Assembly: GCF_009834535.1 (NCBI RefSeq)
Contig: NC_045696.1
Coordinates: forward strand, 27,530,001-27,594,000
Length of the DNA stretch: 64,000 nt
Reading direction: 5' to 3'
From: Camelus ferus
Taxonomy: Eukaryota
In this document: positions 40,520 through 53,700 of the stretch, piece by piece
How positions within the stretch are numbered: position 1 is the first letter of the stretch
Layout of the letters: each line of letters opens with the position of its first letter
Position numbers and translations under genes: made by a program
The notes under the pieces: model-generated
The model's database searches: none
What the model saw: the letters and a program-made list of their open reading frames with translations, nothing else
What the model was told of the DNA's origin: nothing

Positions 40520-41410
40520 TATCTCAAAATTAAATAATTCTCTTAAAATCTAGAGACAACTTTTTTAGCATGTCAGGCACTGTAGAATGCTCATGTGGAC
40601 AACTCACTGGAATCATAAACTCAACCTACCAAGATACAAGTCACAGTGTTTCCTCCATACATATTGTTCCTCCCTTATTACTGAAATTCATGCTGCCCAG
40701 GGAGCCGTCTGAGTCACGAGAAATCCCCCCATTTTGCATGTATTACACCAGTTCCATCTACTCATTCCACCACCCCCTTGCTTTTTCCCTTTGCTTCATT
40801 TCCATTAACACTGTATTTATTCATCATCTGTCCCCTTCATTATTTTAAAAGCCTTCGAAGACTTCTCACTGTATCAAGTATTCTACCCGTTCAATCCACT
40901 GTCCATGCCGCTGGTTGAGAGATCTTTCTCTCCCACCCAAGTGAGCAGATTCTTCCCACCTAAAAACCCTTCCTTTGCCACATAATGAAATTCAATCTAC
41001 TTAGCAATAGAATAAGAGAACCTTCATATTCTGACCACAGGTTTATCCTTATAGGCACCTGATCTATAATTAATCCCAAGCTATTTCTGGTTTCTTCAGC
41101 GTCCAACACAATTTATCTTGTCTTTGCCTACACATATGTGTTTCTTCTGCTTAGTCTGAGGGGCAAGCAGAAGAAGGGATATTCTTCAATACTGACTTTT
41201 ATTATTCTTTAAATACTCCCTGATCCTAGTAGGAAGTACATTTTCCCTCCTTGAACTTCTCTTCCTATATATATTTCTTCATCATATTCTAATTATTATC
41301 AATTATCAAACAATGTGAACTTTGAACGTAGGGACCGTTACTAAATCCATCTTCAGATTACTGGTACCTAGAAGTCTCTCACCAATAACAGGTACCCAGT
41401 AAAAATTATT
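40520..41410 (+). mobile_element. L2 3' region, diverged
   Basis: Pyrimidine-rich L2-type segments (caactcactgg...cataaactcaac, cctaaaaacccttcc) ending ggtacctagaa...taacaggtacccagtaaaaattatt. Confidence 0.6.
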
Positions 41411-42488
41411 TCACATAACAAATGGCCTAAAGAATAAGAGAAAATCACACTGGACCTTTTATGCCCATCTATTTATGAATGACTTTCAGAAAGGCATCAA
41501 GCAATTTTTTAAATTTCCTTTTTTAATAGCATAAGGTCTTAAATTCTCTAGATGTTTCTCCACAACCTCAAACATACAGCTCATCACTGCAGATTACTCA
41601 GAGGAACAAACATTTAAATCTCTCTCCTTAGCACTCTTCAAGGCAAACCCAAACACAGTGAGTTCTTTACTGTTCCATTTACAGAAAAAATAATTAACAT
41701 AAAGGATAGCTAAAATGTCAGATAACACAGCCTTATTTATCTTTCACTTGTGGGAGGATTTATTATTTTTTCATTAGGTACACGTTATTGTTTTTAGAAT
41801 GCTAAAATGGTCAGTTCAGACTTTGTCCGTGAGACAGATATTGACTGAGCACCCCCTCTGTGCTAAGTGTGTGGCAACTACTGGGGGTATTTAATTCTGT
41901 AATACAGTCATGGGTCACCTCTCACAGATATGTGAGACTATTGTAAAAAGCAGAGTTCAAATAATCTTGGAAAGGAATCAATACAGAAGCTGACACAGTG
42001 TTTTGAATAAGAGTATATACAGTGCCTTGAAGAGGGTCTGTGAGTAAGGAAGACCAAGAGGCTTCCTCAAAAAGTGACTGTGAGCACCTGTCAAGCAAGC
42101 CGCAGTGACATGCACGCTGGGGATGCGGGGTCAGGAGGAAGAACAACAATACAAAGGTGGATGTGCCGCCCTGGAACTAACAGCAACATTACAAATAGAC
42201 TGCTCCTCTGGCCTTGAAACCTCCCTAGAACTCTCCCTGCCCTCTTGTAAGTTCTTCTGACATTCGTGCTGTTAATTGGTACTTAGCACTAAAAAGCACT
42301 ACTCTAATATTCGGCTGCTTTCCCAGAAAATATATTCTTATGAAGAGATAAAAAATAATATTTATAAGATTTATGTGTGTTAAGATTTGGAGGTAAATGT
42401 TCTATAGGTAAACTTGATCTGTTTGTGAGACTGAGATGATGTCTTCACTGAATAATCTAAGTGCCAAAATTTACAACTTGTCTCACCA

Positions 42489-42534
42489 ACACACACAGAC
42501 ACACACACAGACACACACACACACACACACACAC
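42489..42534. repeat. Interrupted (AC)n microsatellite
   Basis: Directly visible. Confidence 0.95.
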
Positions 42535-42761
42535 ATGGTCTTGGAAACTTAGTATGGGTTTGAACTCCCACTTCATTTCCATATCACCTTTTTGGACTCT
42601 GACCTTCTACTAATTAAGTATTTTTAGGAGGAAAATAATGCCTTTTTCCATTTAATCTCAAAACTCTTCAAGGTAGGTATTACTACCATCAGATGAGGAA
42701 ACTCAGGGTTAGAAAACTTAACCAATATAACCAAGTTCACACAGTTTGCTAATATATTAAC

Positions 42762-43303
42762 TACATTTTCTTATTTTTTGTATTCTTGGCGCTCTGTATC
42801 TGGGGCCTCGCTGACTGGGAGAGACCACCTTTCATAGGGCTAGTCAATTTCGAGAGGCGGCAAACACTGATGGACACCCCCCTCAAATACATACCAACCA
42901 GTCCAGAGCCCACATACTGAAACACCTCATCTATCTCACTCTTATTCTCCCAAAGGCAATAGTCCTCTGCCCTGATCACCCCAGGACCAGGTTCCTGGTT
43001 AGGCACCTTCCCTGTAGCTGACAACCTGCTGAAGTCATTGAAACGATTCAATCCTAAATTTGCTCAGCCTTCAAATCCTGCCTTACTCATTCTTTCTCTT
43101 GAAAGCCACAAAAAGGCTTTTGCCCAAGCTCTCCCCTTTCTTCCTTCTGCCTCCCAACCTGCTTCTCCAGGTGGGGGTGCCCCTGCATGGCATCCTGCAC
43201 CTCCTGTTTCTTGGGATCTGTAAGTAAAAAACTTCACGACAGTTGTGCGTCTGCATGTCTTACCATACAGGATTAAAACAAATCCTGGGTACATTTTAAA
43301 ACA
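42762..43303 (+). mobile_element. ERVL solo LTR (MER74-like)
   Basis: tggggcctcgctgac...ccaaccagtccagagcccaca...ctgccctgatcaccccagg...cttgggatctgtaagtaa...acattttaaaaca resembles the recalled MER74 consensus. Confidence 0.8.
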
Positions 43304-44202
43304 GTAGTGCCAGTCAGTGGTAATGATTACAGCACAGCCAGACAGACAGAATGTGAAGTCATTATTTATTAAATGAATGAATTACTCTAGAGGCTGAACT
43401 CTTACCCACCTAATTATTCTAAAAATGACATAATTTCCCAAACTTATGTCAATGGCTCATCTAAAAATCAGGTCCTTGTACCACAGTATTAATGCTTCTA
43501 ATCTGGTTTTTGGTTTCTTGAAGGAAGGACTTAAGAAGTAAAGACGGGAGCTGGATTCAAAGAACATTTTTCACATGTGAAGTTTGTTACTGGTACTCCT
43601 CTACCCGCCCTCCCCACTTTAAATTTCACTCTACGGTTTGGTCTCCCATATTACTCCAGGATCCAAAAGGGCACCACCCCTCTCCATCCCTGACACTTCC
43701 CACTGTCTGCCACCATCCCACACTCCAAATGAAAACTTCATTCCCCAAGTGCTAAAGAGCTGAACTCCAAGTAAAAGAGGACCTTTAATCTGATTAAAAC
43801 AATTCACAGTAAATTGCAAATCTCTTAATCCTCTTAGAGGTATTAACATTTTTTTTTAAATTGGGGAGGGGAAAGAAACCTGATATAGCCTCTAATTGTT
43901 GGCATTTTTGTACAGCATAAACAATAATATATTTGGCTTTATTCAGATAGAAATGGCTATCACATTGGCATGGCAATCTGCCCAGAAATCCGGCTCCAAC
44001 TGTCAAATTAACTCTGGATTTTCTTTTAACAATGTTTACACTTCCGCTTGAGTTTATTTGTTATTTTTTTTAAATCTCTGGTAAGAGGTCTTAAGGTTTT
44101 GGAGGGATATTTCTGTAGGGAAAATTTTTATGTTTAGGGTTTGTAAGTCAGGGTCTATACTGAGCAACTATCATAAACTAGTTTCTTTAAAAAAAAATCT
44201 TG

Positions 44203-44416
44203 TTTTAGTTCAGTTTTTTTTTGAATTGAAGTATAGTTCTTTACAATATTGTGTTAGTTTCTGGTGTACAGTATAGTGATTCAGTTATACATACACAGAT
44301 ATTCTTTTTCATATTTTTTTCATTATAAGCTATTACAAGGCACTAAATAGTTCCCTGTGCTATAAATAGAACCTTGTTGTTTATCTACTCTGTATATAGT
44401 AGTCTGTATCTGTTAA
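44203..44416 (-). mobile_element. 5'-truncated L1 3' end
   Basis: Similar to the 22.2 kb copy. Flanked by TSD-like ttaaaaaaaaatcttg (44187-44202) and ttaaaaaaaaaaacttg (44417-44433). Confidence 0.9.
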
Positions 44417-44499
44417 TTAAAAAAAAAAACTTGATAAAAATGACCAGTCAGCAAAACAGTAATAAAAAAAAACCACAATTCACACTTACATAGACATTA

Positions 44500-44690
44500 G
44501 AGCATATCAAACACTATTTTAAACACTTTATATATAAACATATTTAACCTTCACAGCAACCCTATTATTTCCATTTTCACTGATAAGGAAACAGAAAAGT
44601 GAGACAGGCTGTTAAGGTGACATGGCTGTTAGCAGTGGGGCCAGATTTCACATTCTATTTCTGAAGCCCATTCCCTTACAGTCACTACAC
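44500..44690 (-). mobile_element. MIR SINE
   Basis: tatttaaccttcacagcaaccctattatttccattttcactgataaggaaacaga. Confidence 0.7.
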
Positions 44691-47600
44691 TCGACTGAAA
44701 GACTGGCTGGGGAAAACGCAGGGTTCAATAGTCCAGCTCATTGTGTTTTCCTAGGTTAAAAACTACAGAATTTAAATTCTGGAAATGGCCAGAATATCAC
44801 TGTTTCCATACCCACACTTTACAGGTGAAGAAACCAACTCACTCCTGGCGTGGCGAAAAGATACATGGTGGCAGGTTCAAAACCAGCAACAACCACGTCA
44901 GGATCCAAGTCATGCTTCTTCCCTCGCTACACTACAGTAGGTCCAAAGGAAAATCACAGCAAAAGCTACAAATTCCAAGCAAAAGTAGACATCCAGAGTC
45001 CTATCCAACCCATTTTGTAGGATCCAGTAAACACCAACTATTGAGAGCCCCCATTCATAAATTACTTACAAATCTGGTGCTTTACAACATTCCTACCATT
45101 GGTTGTTTCAAGACTTTTTTCCTAACACTGGGATGAAGATTTGTGATATTTGGCAGTTCTGGTATTTCTTCTTTCCAATTACTCACGTCTCTGTTTCTAA
45201 AAGAAGAAAGTTTTTTCACCCAAGAATAAGAGGAAGTATTAATTCCTTTTATAATTCCTGTCAAAGCAAAGAAACCCACGTGCTGAGTCACATTAATTCA
45301 CTGAATATGTTTGTTGTAACAGTGAAGTAGATATAGACCCGAGGAGTTTGAACAGAGCCCTAGATAAGTAACTGTAATCCAGCATGACCATGGGCCAGGT
45401 CACAGTTCTGCACAGGGTGCTGGGGAAACACATAAGAAGTACATCAAATCTACAATGGGTGGGTAGAAGGGGTGGCGAAGGGTTTCTGGAGGAGACACCC
45501 ATATTTATTCATTAGGCCAAACAGCAGCTGGGATGGGGGAAAGAGGGGGAAAAGGAGAGAACAGAATGAGTCTGGACGGAGCAGCCCTGAGCAGAGGAAC
45601 AGCATTAGAAAAGCCAGGGGAATAAGAGGCTGAACCTGGTTCTCAGGCAGGGAGACATAATCAGCTCAATAATACCAACGCATCTAAACACAAGGTGCTT
45701 TCTCCCAAGAAAATAAATCAAACATAACGTCTCTGTGGTTCACAAAGAAGGGAGAGTCTTTATATGGAAGGAAACAGGGAGAAGTAACACAGCTCCAGCC
45801 CAGGGGCAATAAAGATCAACAAGACTTAGGCAAATTAGCTAACAGGTTCTCATGACATTATTTTAAAGGCTGCAGTTCTCATGTATAGAAATAATTTCCA
45901 AATACATGTGGAAGTCATGGCTGCCCTTTTAAGTGATGAAGACTCCATTATGCTTAGCAAGCTATTTTGTCAGAGCATCAAACAATACTCATCTTTAACC
46001 ATTCCTCCTATGGACAATGAGATGCCGGTGATGGCTTCCAGCTTCAAATGAATCAGCGCTCACTGCTCAGGGCACATTACTGCCTGTGACCTCTTCCCCT
46101 GCCCGTGCCTTGACCTTCTCCCCCTCCCACGTTATTCCCTGCCTCATGCCTGTGAGCATCTCCCATTATTCGTGAGCGGTGGCTCTAGAATTTAGCATGA
46201 GGAGGGCTGCCCCTGATAGATGTCTAACATGACTAATGCTCTTAATAATCCCCAGTGGGACTCTGCCATATTCTTCCAGCAGGATGAGTCGTTGGATGAC
46301 AAAAAGAAATTCTATGTGCTTTACAGTAAAACATAATGAAGATGAGAAATTTCTACATGTAGAAATATTTAACTTACTCAGTAATTAGTAAGAAATGACC
46401 GGTTTCAGTCTTTTTTTTTTTTTTAAGACTTAACAAAAGTTTCCTCATATATTTTTAGCTTTGCAGTGTATCTTGAACACCTGAGCGGATTATCCCATTT
46501 CTGTGTTGGCTAAAGTTATCCTCTAATGTTATCCAAATGTTATTCTGGAAACATGTATGAATTATGCACAAGGTTTCCTCACAGAAATGCTAGATATGCT
46601 CTTGAAAACTGTGCATAAATCAATATTTTGTAAATTAAATAACATTTTTCACTGACAAATTATTTCAGAAATGCTTTATTTTCATTTCTGGTTAATATTC
46701 AATTGGCAATGATTCCTGACCCTTTAGATTAAACTTCTCTGTTGATAATATTTCTGTCAAATAGCTAATGATCTATAAACAAATAATAAAACAAATATGG
46801 AAAACTAGGCTTTAGAAAGGATCCTGTAATAAATTTTTAAAAAAGATAAAAGCTTCTTTGCAATTCAGCCATAGCCCCAATTTTATTTTTATTTCTTCAG
46901 ATTTTTTAAATGTGTGTTCATTCTCTGTAATTCATATGCAACACAGTGGTGTGTCTCTTAATAGCAATCAGTAAACCTTTAGATTGTCTGTGTTGATAAT
47001 TTCTCTTCTTATGCAAGAACATATTTATTTATTCAGTTCATCAGGGACTCTTCGCTCATCAAAGGGCTTGTGGTTTTGTTTTCTTTGTTTGTTAGCTTTA
47101 GGACAAAAGAATAAACATAAACAGTCAAACTGATCATTTTGCCAGGCTTAACAAATACAATTTGTAAATGTAAATGACTCAAATAAAAGCAGAAGCTTTG
47201 GGTTAAATAGATAAGCCATTATGTAACCATTTAGCTAGTAACAATACAGGAAAGTCAAACACCAGAAAAGTAACAGCTTCCAAAAGGCTGAAGACAGCAG
47301 ACAGTGAGGGATACCGACACATTTAGAGTAGGAATAAGCAGCAACAGACAGGTCGGTTCTGTATGGGGATGGATGACATAACACTGCAGATACAAAATGG
47401 TGACCTGTGGGCCACACTTGGTGTGAGGACTTGGAATTGTTGTTGTTATATTATTATTATTATTATTAATTCAGACTTAATTGTTCCCACTTTTCAGTTG
47501 GGAGACTTTACCTTAAACATAGATTTATACCTTTTCTTAAAAACTCATAAGTCTGTCTATATTAAGTCCACATGGCCCCATGGCAACATCCAGCCAACCA

Positions 47601-50038
47601 TCCCTTAGACCTAATACACTGCCTTCCTTACACAGGCCCTATACAGGCATTTCAGTTTTCAATCACTATAAAATATTATCAGAAAAGAAAAACTGAATCT
47701 CATAAATTTTCTTTTGTTTATCTTCCCTGCCAAGAATCGTCATTTTATACCAGGAAAGGCAGTTCGAAGATGGTTTTAGTGGGAAATGAAGGTGGGAAGG
47801 TAAGTATCTAGCTTATTAATGCATTTTAAATCTCCTGCTCCAGAACAGCACTCCACCTCAGGAGACTGACAGAACTTTCAGAGAAAATGAAATATTTAGC
47901 TGAAAACAAGAAAAAGTTAAAAGGTATCTAAATTTTTACTGGGAAAAAAAAAAACAAAACACAGCTTCCTCAAAATTCATGTTATACTTTAGGACCTTGA
48001 CAAAATAGATATTAAAAACAACATAATCGAGGGAAATGACTATCAAATGAGGAAAATTAGAAGAAAATGAGAATCTCGTATGTGGAGAACAGAAAATTTA
48101 AAAAAGAGTATACTGTCTTCAAATACTGAAACAGTCTCACATAGAAACTGGACTAAATTTACCATGGGTAGTTTGGAAGATAAAACAGAGGCCAATAGGA
48201 CAGGAAATAGAATTGGGTTTCGGCTTACTTGCTGAGGAAATTTATACAAAAATTAATGGAATAAATTAATAAGTGAAATAAAGGGAATCATCTATGCCAT
48301 GAGGAGATAGTTCCTGTCACAGAAAGTAATGAGGGTAGGATGAGAGCTATGTGTTCCAGGTACTGCGGGGGGGGGGGGGGTAGGGGGAGCACAGAGATAA
48401 AGCTGATGTCCTAAGGTACCGTCCCAATGATCCTCTGATAGGTTAAGAACAACAATACACATAAGATTATATCTAATTCTATCTGCACACTGCTATCCAT
48501 ACCCTCAGAGAATATGCAAAAAAGTCTTAATTTCTAAGAATTATGGCATCAAATTTATATTTATTTTATATCCCCTCTTCTCCATTTGGTGGAAGCTCTT
48601 TATGGTCTAAACAGAGGCTCACAGAGCAGTCACGCTTACCTCTATTAAATTACCTAACGGGTGATCAACCACTTGGCATAAATTCTTTAAGTGCAAGGAG
48701 TGAGTAATTTTTTTTAATAGTTTTTTGTTGCCCGGTAAGATTGATTAAATGAATGAAAGAATGAAGGCTATTATTAAATAACGTCCTCTAAAATATAACA
48801 GTGTCACAAGTGAAATTCTCTAATAACCAGTGGCTGTAAAATCTAAAATCTACCTCTTCAAACAGATTACATCCATTTTTCAGATCACCACTCCTGGGTG
48901 CACCTCTCTAACACTTTGCCCTGCCCAAGAAGATATTCCATTCTTTCTCTCAACACTGTTCGGGAACCTACTTATTCCACAGAGACTTTGCTGACTAAGT
49001 AAATTCCCTCAATCTTTCGGTTCCCAAAGTGCAATCATATCAAAACATCTTTCCCATCATTTCAAAACATCTTTCATTCACATAGTGCCAACAATTCACT
49101 AATGTGATTCAACGTTCATTTTCCTGTCTATATATACACAACTTGGATGTTGTATTAAAAGCTATTACACAATATCAGGTATGTCTGAAACATTCTGTAA
49201 AGTGTCTAATAGCAACAAAAGTAGACAGCTGGTTAAACAATTTTTGATTTTTATCAGGATTGATAATCTTGATTTGATCTAATCAAGATAATCAAGATTG
49301 AAAGTCATTTACTGAGGAATAAATAATGTTATTAAGCCCCATTAATAATAAACAAGTAGCATTATCAAATACAAATGGTGAGCTGCAAAGCAATGAATAC
49401 ACAGAAATGAATTTATTATGAAGTATATTTTAAGACAAAGTAAAAATCTTCAGGCTATGACCTCAGGTTTCATATAAGGGAGGGTTTTAGATATGATATC
49501 ATTTTGATCATTGGTAAAGAGTAAGGACCTGGGAACATTTTCAATCGCATTGAGAATAAAATGTAAATGTACCACCCCACCCACACATTTGGAAATAACT
49601 TTGGAAGACCATGAGCTCAGCTGAGATAGCCACATCTACAAAATCAGAGAACAACCTCCAGTCAGACACGTTTATTTAAAAGAGTAAGAAGAACAAAAGA
49701 ATACCATTTTAAAAACCGACCATATTACTTCTGAGAGGGTATTGATTACCATACTGTTTCTGAGACTTACTATAGACGCTGGCAGATTTCATTCACAGGG
49801 ATCATGTTCACCAAGGCTACATTCTTTGTTTTCTAGAAAACTTGCCATCTGAGAAGGAGACATCTTTAAAGGAACAGTAATCACAGATTCTAACCAAGAT
49901 GCTGCCTAATATGTTTTTATAACCTGTAACATTGTATCACTAAATAAAGTATTTTCAAGCTCAAAAAACAAAAATTCAACACCAGTTTCTTAGAGAAATT
50001 AGATCCCAGAGATAGTATATTCCTTTAAAAAAAATGTT

Positions 50039-50164
50039 GGGGGTGGGGTAGATTTGTTTGTTCGCTCATTATTCGTTTGTTTGAATAGAGGTACTGGGGA
50101 TAGAACCCAGGACCTCGTGCATGGTAAGCATACACTCTACCGCTGAGTTACATTCCCCCTCCCC
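50039..50164 (-). mobile_element. Second, more diverged copy of the same tRNA-derived SINE
   Basis: Shares agaggtactgggga-t-gaacccag...tgc/gt-atg-taagca...ctctac...ctgag with the 35.8 kb copy. Confidence 0.85.
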
Positions 50165-50529
50165 AGTACTGTCTATATAAATTTCTATTCACCTACCCAA
50201 CTGAGCCATCATAAAACTTGCTGGGTTCTTACCATCTCAGATTTCCTCCACTAACTGAACAGCACTGCATTCCACTAACCTAAGTTATGGGGCTGGACTT
50301 CACTTTCTGTGTTCTGTGAGGTATACTACCAGGGTACATTCTTTTTGTGGGTTATCATGTGACAAGCAGAAGAGGGGAACAATCAGATATACCAAAAAAA
50401 TCTGACATCCAAACAAGAACTAAAACAGTTTGGCAGCACAAGCTAGCTCCCTCACAAAAAGGCATCTTAGCCTTGTTACGTACACATTTTATACTGTTCC
50501 ATCTACAACCATTTTCCTATACAGGAACC

Positions 50530-50770
50530 GTGTAGTATGTATAATGGTGAAGAGAACAAATTCTGGGATCAGACAGGCTGGTTCCAAATCCAGACTCCAC
50601 CACACCAGCTGACTGAGCTCAGTCAAGGAACTTAACTTTTCTGAACCTCATTTTCCATATTGATAAACAGGGATAAAAGCAATGCATTCATTCCTAATGT
50701 GGTATTAAATAAGAAAGTATGAGAGCACTGTGCCTGGCAGACAGTAAACACTTTACAGACTTTATAATTA
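50530..50770 (+). mobile_element. Near full-length MIR SINE
   Basis: ataatggtgaagagaacaaattctgg...ttccaaatcc...cttaacttttctgaacctcattttcc...tgtgcctggcagacagtaaaca. Confidence 0.82.
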
Positions 50771-53700
50771 TTGGAGATATTATTATTTATTCCCAGAGCT
50801 TCAGGGTTAGTGCACACAGTTAGGTCCATATTTCATCATTTAACGAATTACTTGTTTTTTTCATCATCAGTCTCTCTCTATATATATATATGTATATACA
50901 TGTGGTTATTAAAACATTATGTTCAATTTGTCAAATACAAAATGATGAAAGGGTAATTCTGAATATGAAGTCCCAGGAAAGGATGAGCCCCTGGAATTGA
51001 ATGGCCCTTAGCAGTAGAAAAGATCAAATAATAAAATGAATTTTGATTCCTCTCTGACCATACTGAATCTTAAAAAAAAAAAGCTGCCCTCATGATGCTT
51101 CTACTGAAACCTAATTATTAATTGATGAATAGCAACAATTTTGTCCGCTAAATGACCCTCCTCTCTGTGGAGGCTCCAAGCAGAAGCCTCTGCCTGCCTC
51201 ATATTTTCCTTCTACATGTTTTGGTATGGGCAATATATTTACTAAGTTCATCAGTTTCAGCAAATTCTAGTTCCAAACTTCATACCAGATTGCTAAGGAC
51301 ATTCTCACTTTTCTTCAAACAGGAGGGAGGAAAACAGATGAGCATATCTCCCACAGCTTGTACAAGCCAGTTTACTTTATTTAGACAACTTGCTAACTGA
51401 ACGGTCTGGAGACACTGAAATTACTTCCCAAACTAGGCGACTAAAGTAGTTTAAAGCTACCCAGAGGTGTGTAGTTAGCACGTACAAATGTGTTGTAACT
51501 CACTTTGTTATATGAACAAGCATCATTTTAGTGAAGTTTCCTGGTAATAAAAGACTGCCTTTTAAATCAAGCCTGAGCAAACAAAATCAGCTTTAGATCT
51601 GTGAAACTAAAAAGTATAAATTTTATATTTCTTTTGCATAGGAAAAGGAATTGCAGGCAGATACTTTTAGCCAAACAAAGTTAGTACATTGTTAGTGGAA
51701 GAAAACAATCACACATTAAAACAGAAAATATTGACAGCAAGTACGCATGTTATGTAAGTTCGGAGATTAAATTATGAGACTTAGTGTACCTCTTTGCCAC
51801 TATGGGATGCCAAATGATCTTGAAACAGGCAAGTGTTATTTTTTGGACCCAATTTCCTTTCAAACTCTACCTGGGATTGCTAATGACGTAAAAGTACCTC
51901 AATCACATGAGTAGGGAAACTAAAATCAGGCGCCTGTTTCCTCTTCTGCTAACATCCAAGAATGAGTTTACCAAGTTGATATTTTTTTCCACAATGGTAC
52001 ATTAATTATGAGCAAACACAACATGCTACAAAGAACTTTATGGTCATATTAAGTAAGCAATGTCTCTCGTTCTGCTCATTGAAATTTTAAGTCAATCAGA
52101 GGATAACATATACCTAAAATAATGTGTAAAGTACTAAATGGTTGTTGCCTGTAAGAATTTTATTACTCTCAAAATACTTTTCCTTGCAGTAAAAGAAGAA
52201 TCTACAAGTGCCAGGCATACAAACTCGTTCTCTGGTATTGTCAAGCAGAACCTCTTGCAAATAATTTTGGGAAAGTTCCAAGGACTCCATGTTCCTTCTG
52301 TGGCTGATTGTGGATAAGTTGTCCCTGGTTCTCAGGGAATGTACTGATGAGCTTTGAACTTGATATTTTCTGAAATCTAATCAAGAGCATTTTAGAAAAG
52401 TGTGACCATGAACTACTAGTGCTTTAAAAACATGTTTTCTAGTCAGGAAGACTAATATGATCGAAAAAATAGATCCCCAAGATACACTGTATTATTAGCA
52501 ATTGACGCCTACCACTTCTTACACGCTGCATATAAATCACTTACTTGACACCAGAAGAATATATTCCCACTTAAGACAGAACCACATTGCTCTGTTGACA
52601 TTTGCTTGTATCCACTGGTGGTGCTTTTAACGCTTCATTTAAGTGTCAAACTAGGTGACAGGCATTTAAGCCTATGGACTATTCAGCATCAAAATCACAA
52701 CCCGAGAACCTTTTCGCCAATTGTTTTAACTTCTATACACCCTCCTCCAAATAATAAAATGAATTAACTAAATAAAATAAACAGATATTCCCTTCTGGCT
52801 CTAAGCAACAGAGAGCTGTGAATACTGCAGCCTAACTTCTCTCACGGAATGAAATCAGAAAGATATGCACAGTCATGCTGTTCAAAATATTGTTTTATGT
52901 GTGGAACAACACTGTCATAAGATGCTTGGAAGCCAAGTAAAATCACAGAAGTAAAAGAATTTGGAGCAGTCTGTTTTGGCTTAAGGGAAATGAGACTGAG
53001 CTCTCCCATGAAGCATGCAACATGATACCCTCCAGCGTTAGAAATAGCCTTTTGGATGGCTAAAGAGAGAGAGAGGGAGAGGGAGGCGAAGAAGTGGAGA
53101 TCAAAGCTAACTTCCTGTACTCTACAGATAATCTTTTTTCTTCCTCTTCTTCAACGACAAGATTGAAGGAAAGGGCTGAAGGTGGAGGGAGAAGGGGAAA
53201 AGGAAACCATACTAATCCAGAATTGTAAAGAAAGGAGGTGGCCTTTGATCTCCACAGGATGGCAACTTTATTGGCTCTACATAAGCAGTTTCCAACCAGC
53301 TGATCAACCAGGTATTAACACTCAACCCTTCCATGATCAGTAACCATGAAGTGGGTCATCTGTGAACAGCAGTCAAGCAGAAGGCTCATTTACTACTAAG
53401 CAACCACCAGCCCATGTCCAACACAGAGGGGAAGCAGCAATCCCAGGGGAAATGATGGTCTCTCCACAGGCTCTTCCCTGATAAGTACCCAATTATTTGC
53501 CTTGGGACTCAGAGCAAAATGTTTCTTCAAGTGTGCATGAATGAGGATGGCATTCATTTTTCAAAATACAACTTGGAATGCTGTATATCTGTGTTTCTGC
53601 AACACCAGTCATCATTGTTTTGACTTCTGTTCAGTTTCTTTTTTGAAGCAGGCCAGAAAATACAGACATGATAAAGGCTGGATGCAGGTTGGTTGAATGC

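Noticed and set aside
16544..49074. Short local direct repeats (16544, 21611/21652, 24630/24646, 49040/49062)
   Set aside because: Two-copy slippage duplications with no repeat-spacer periodicity; not CRISPR-like.
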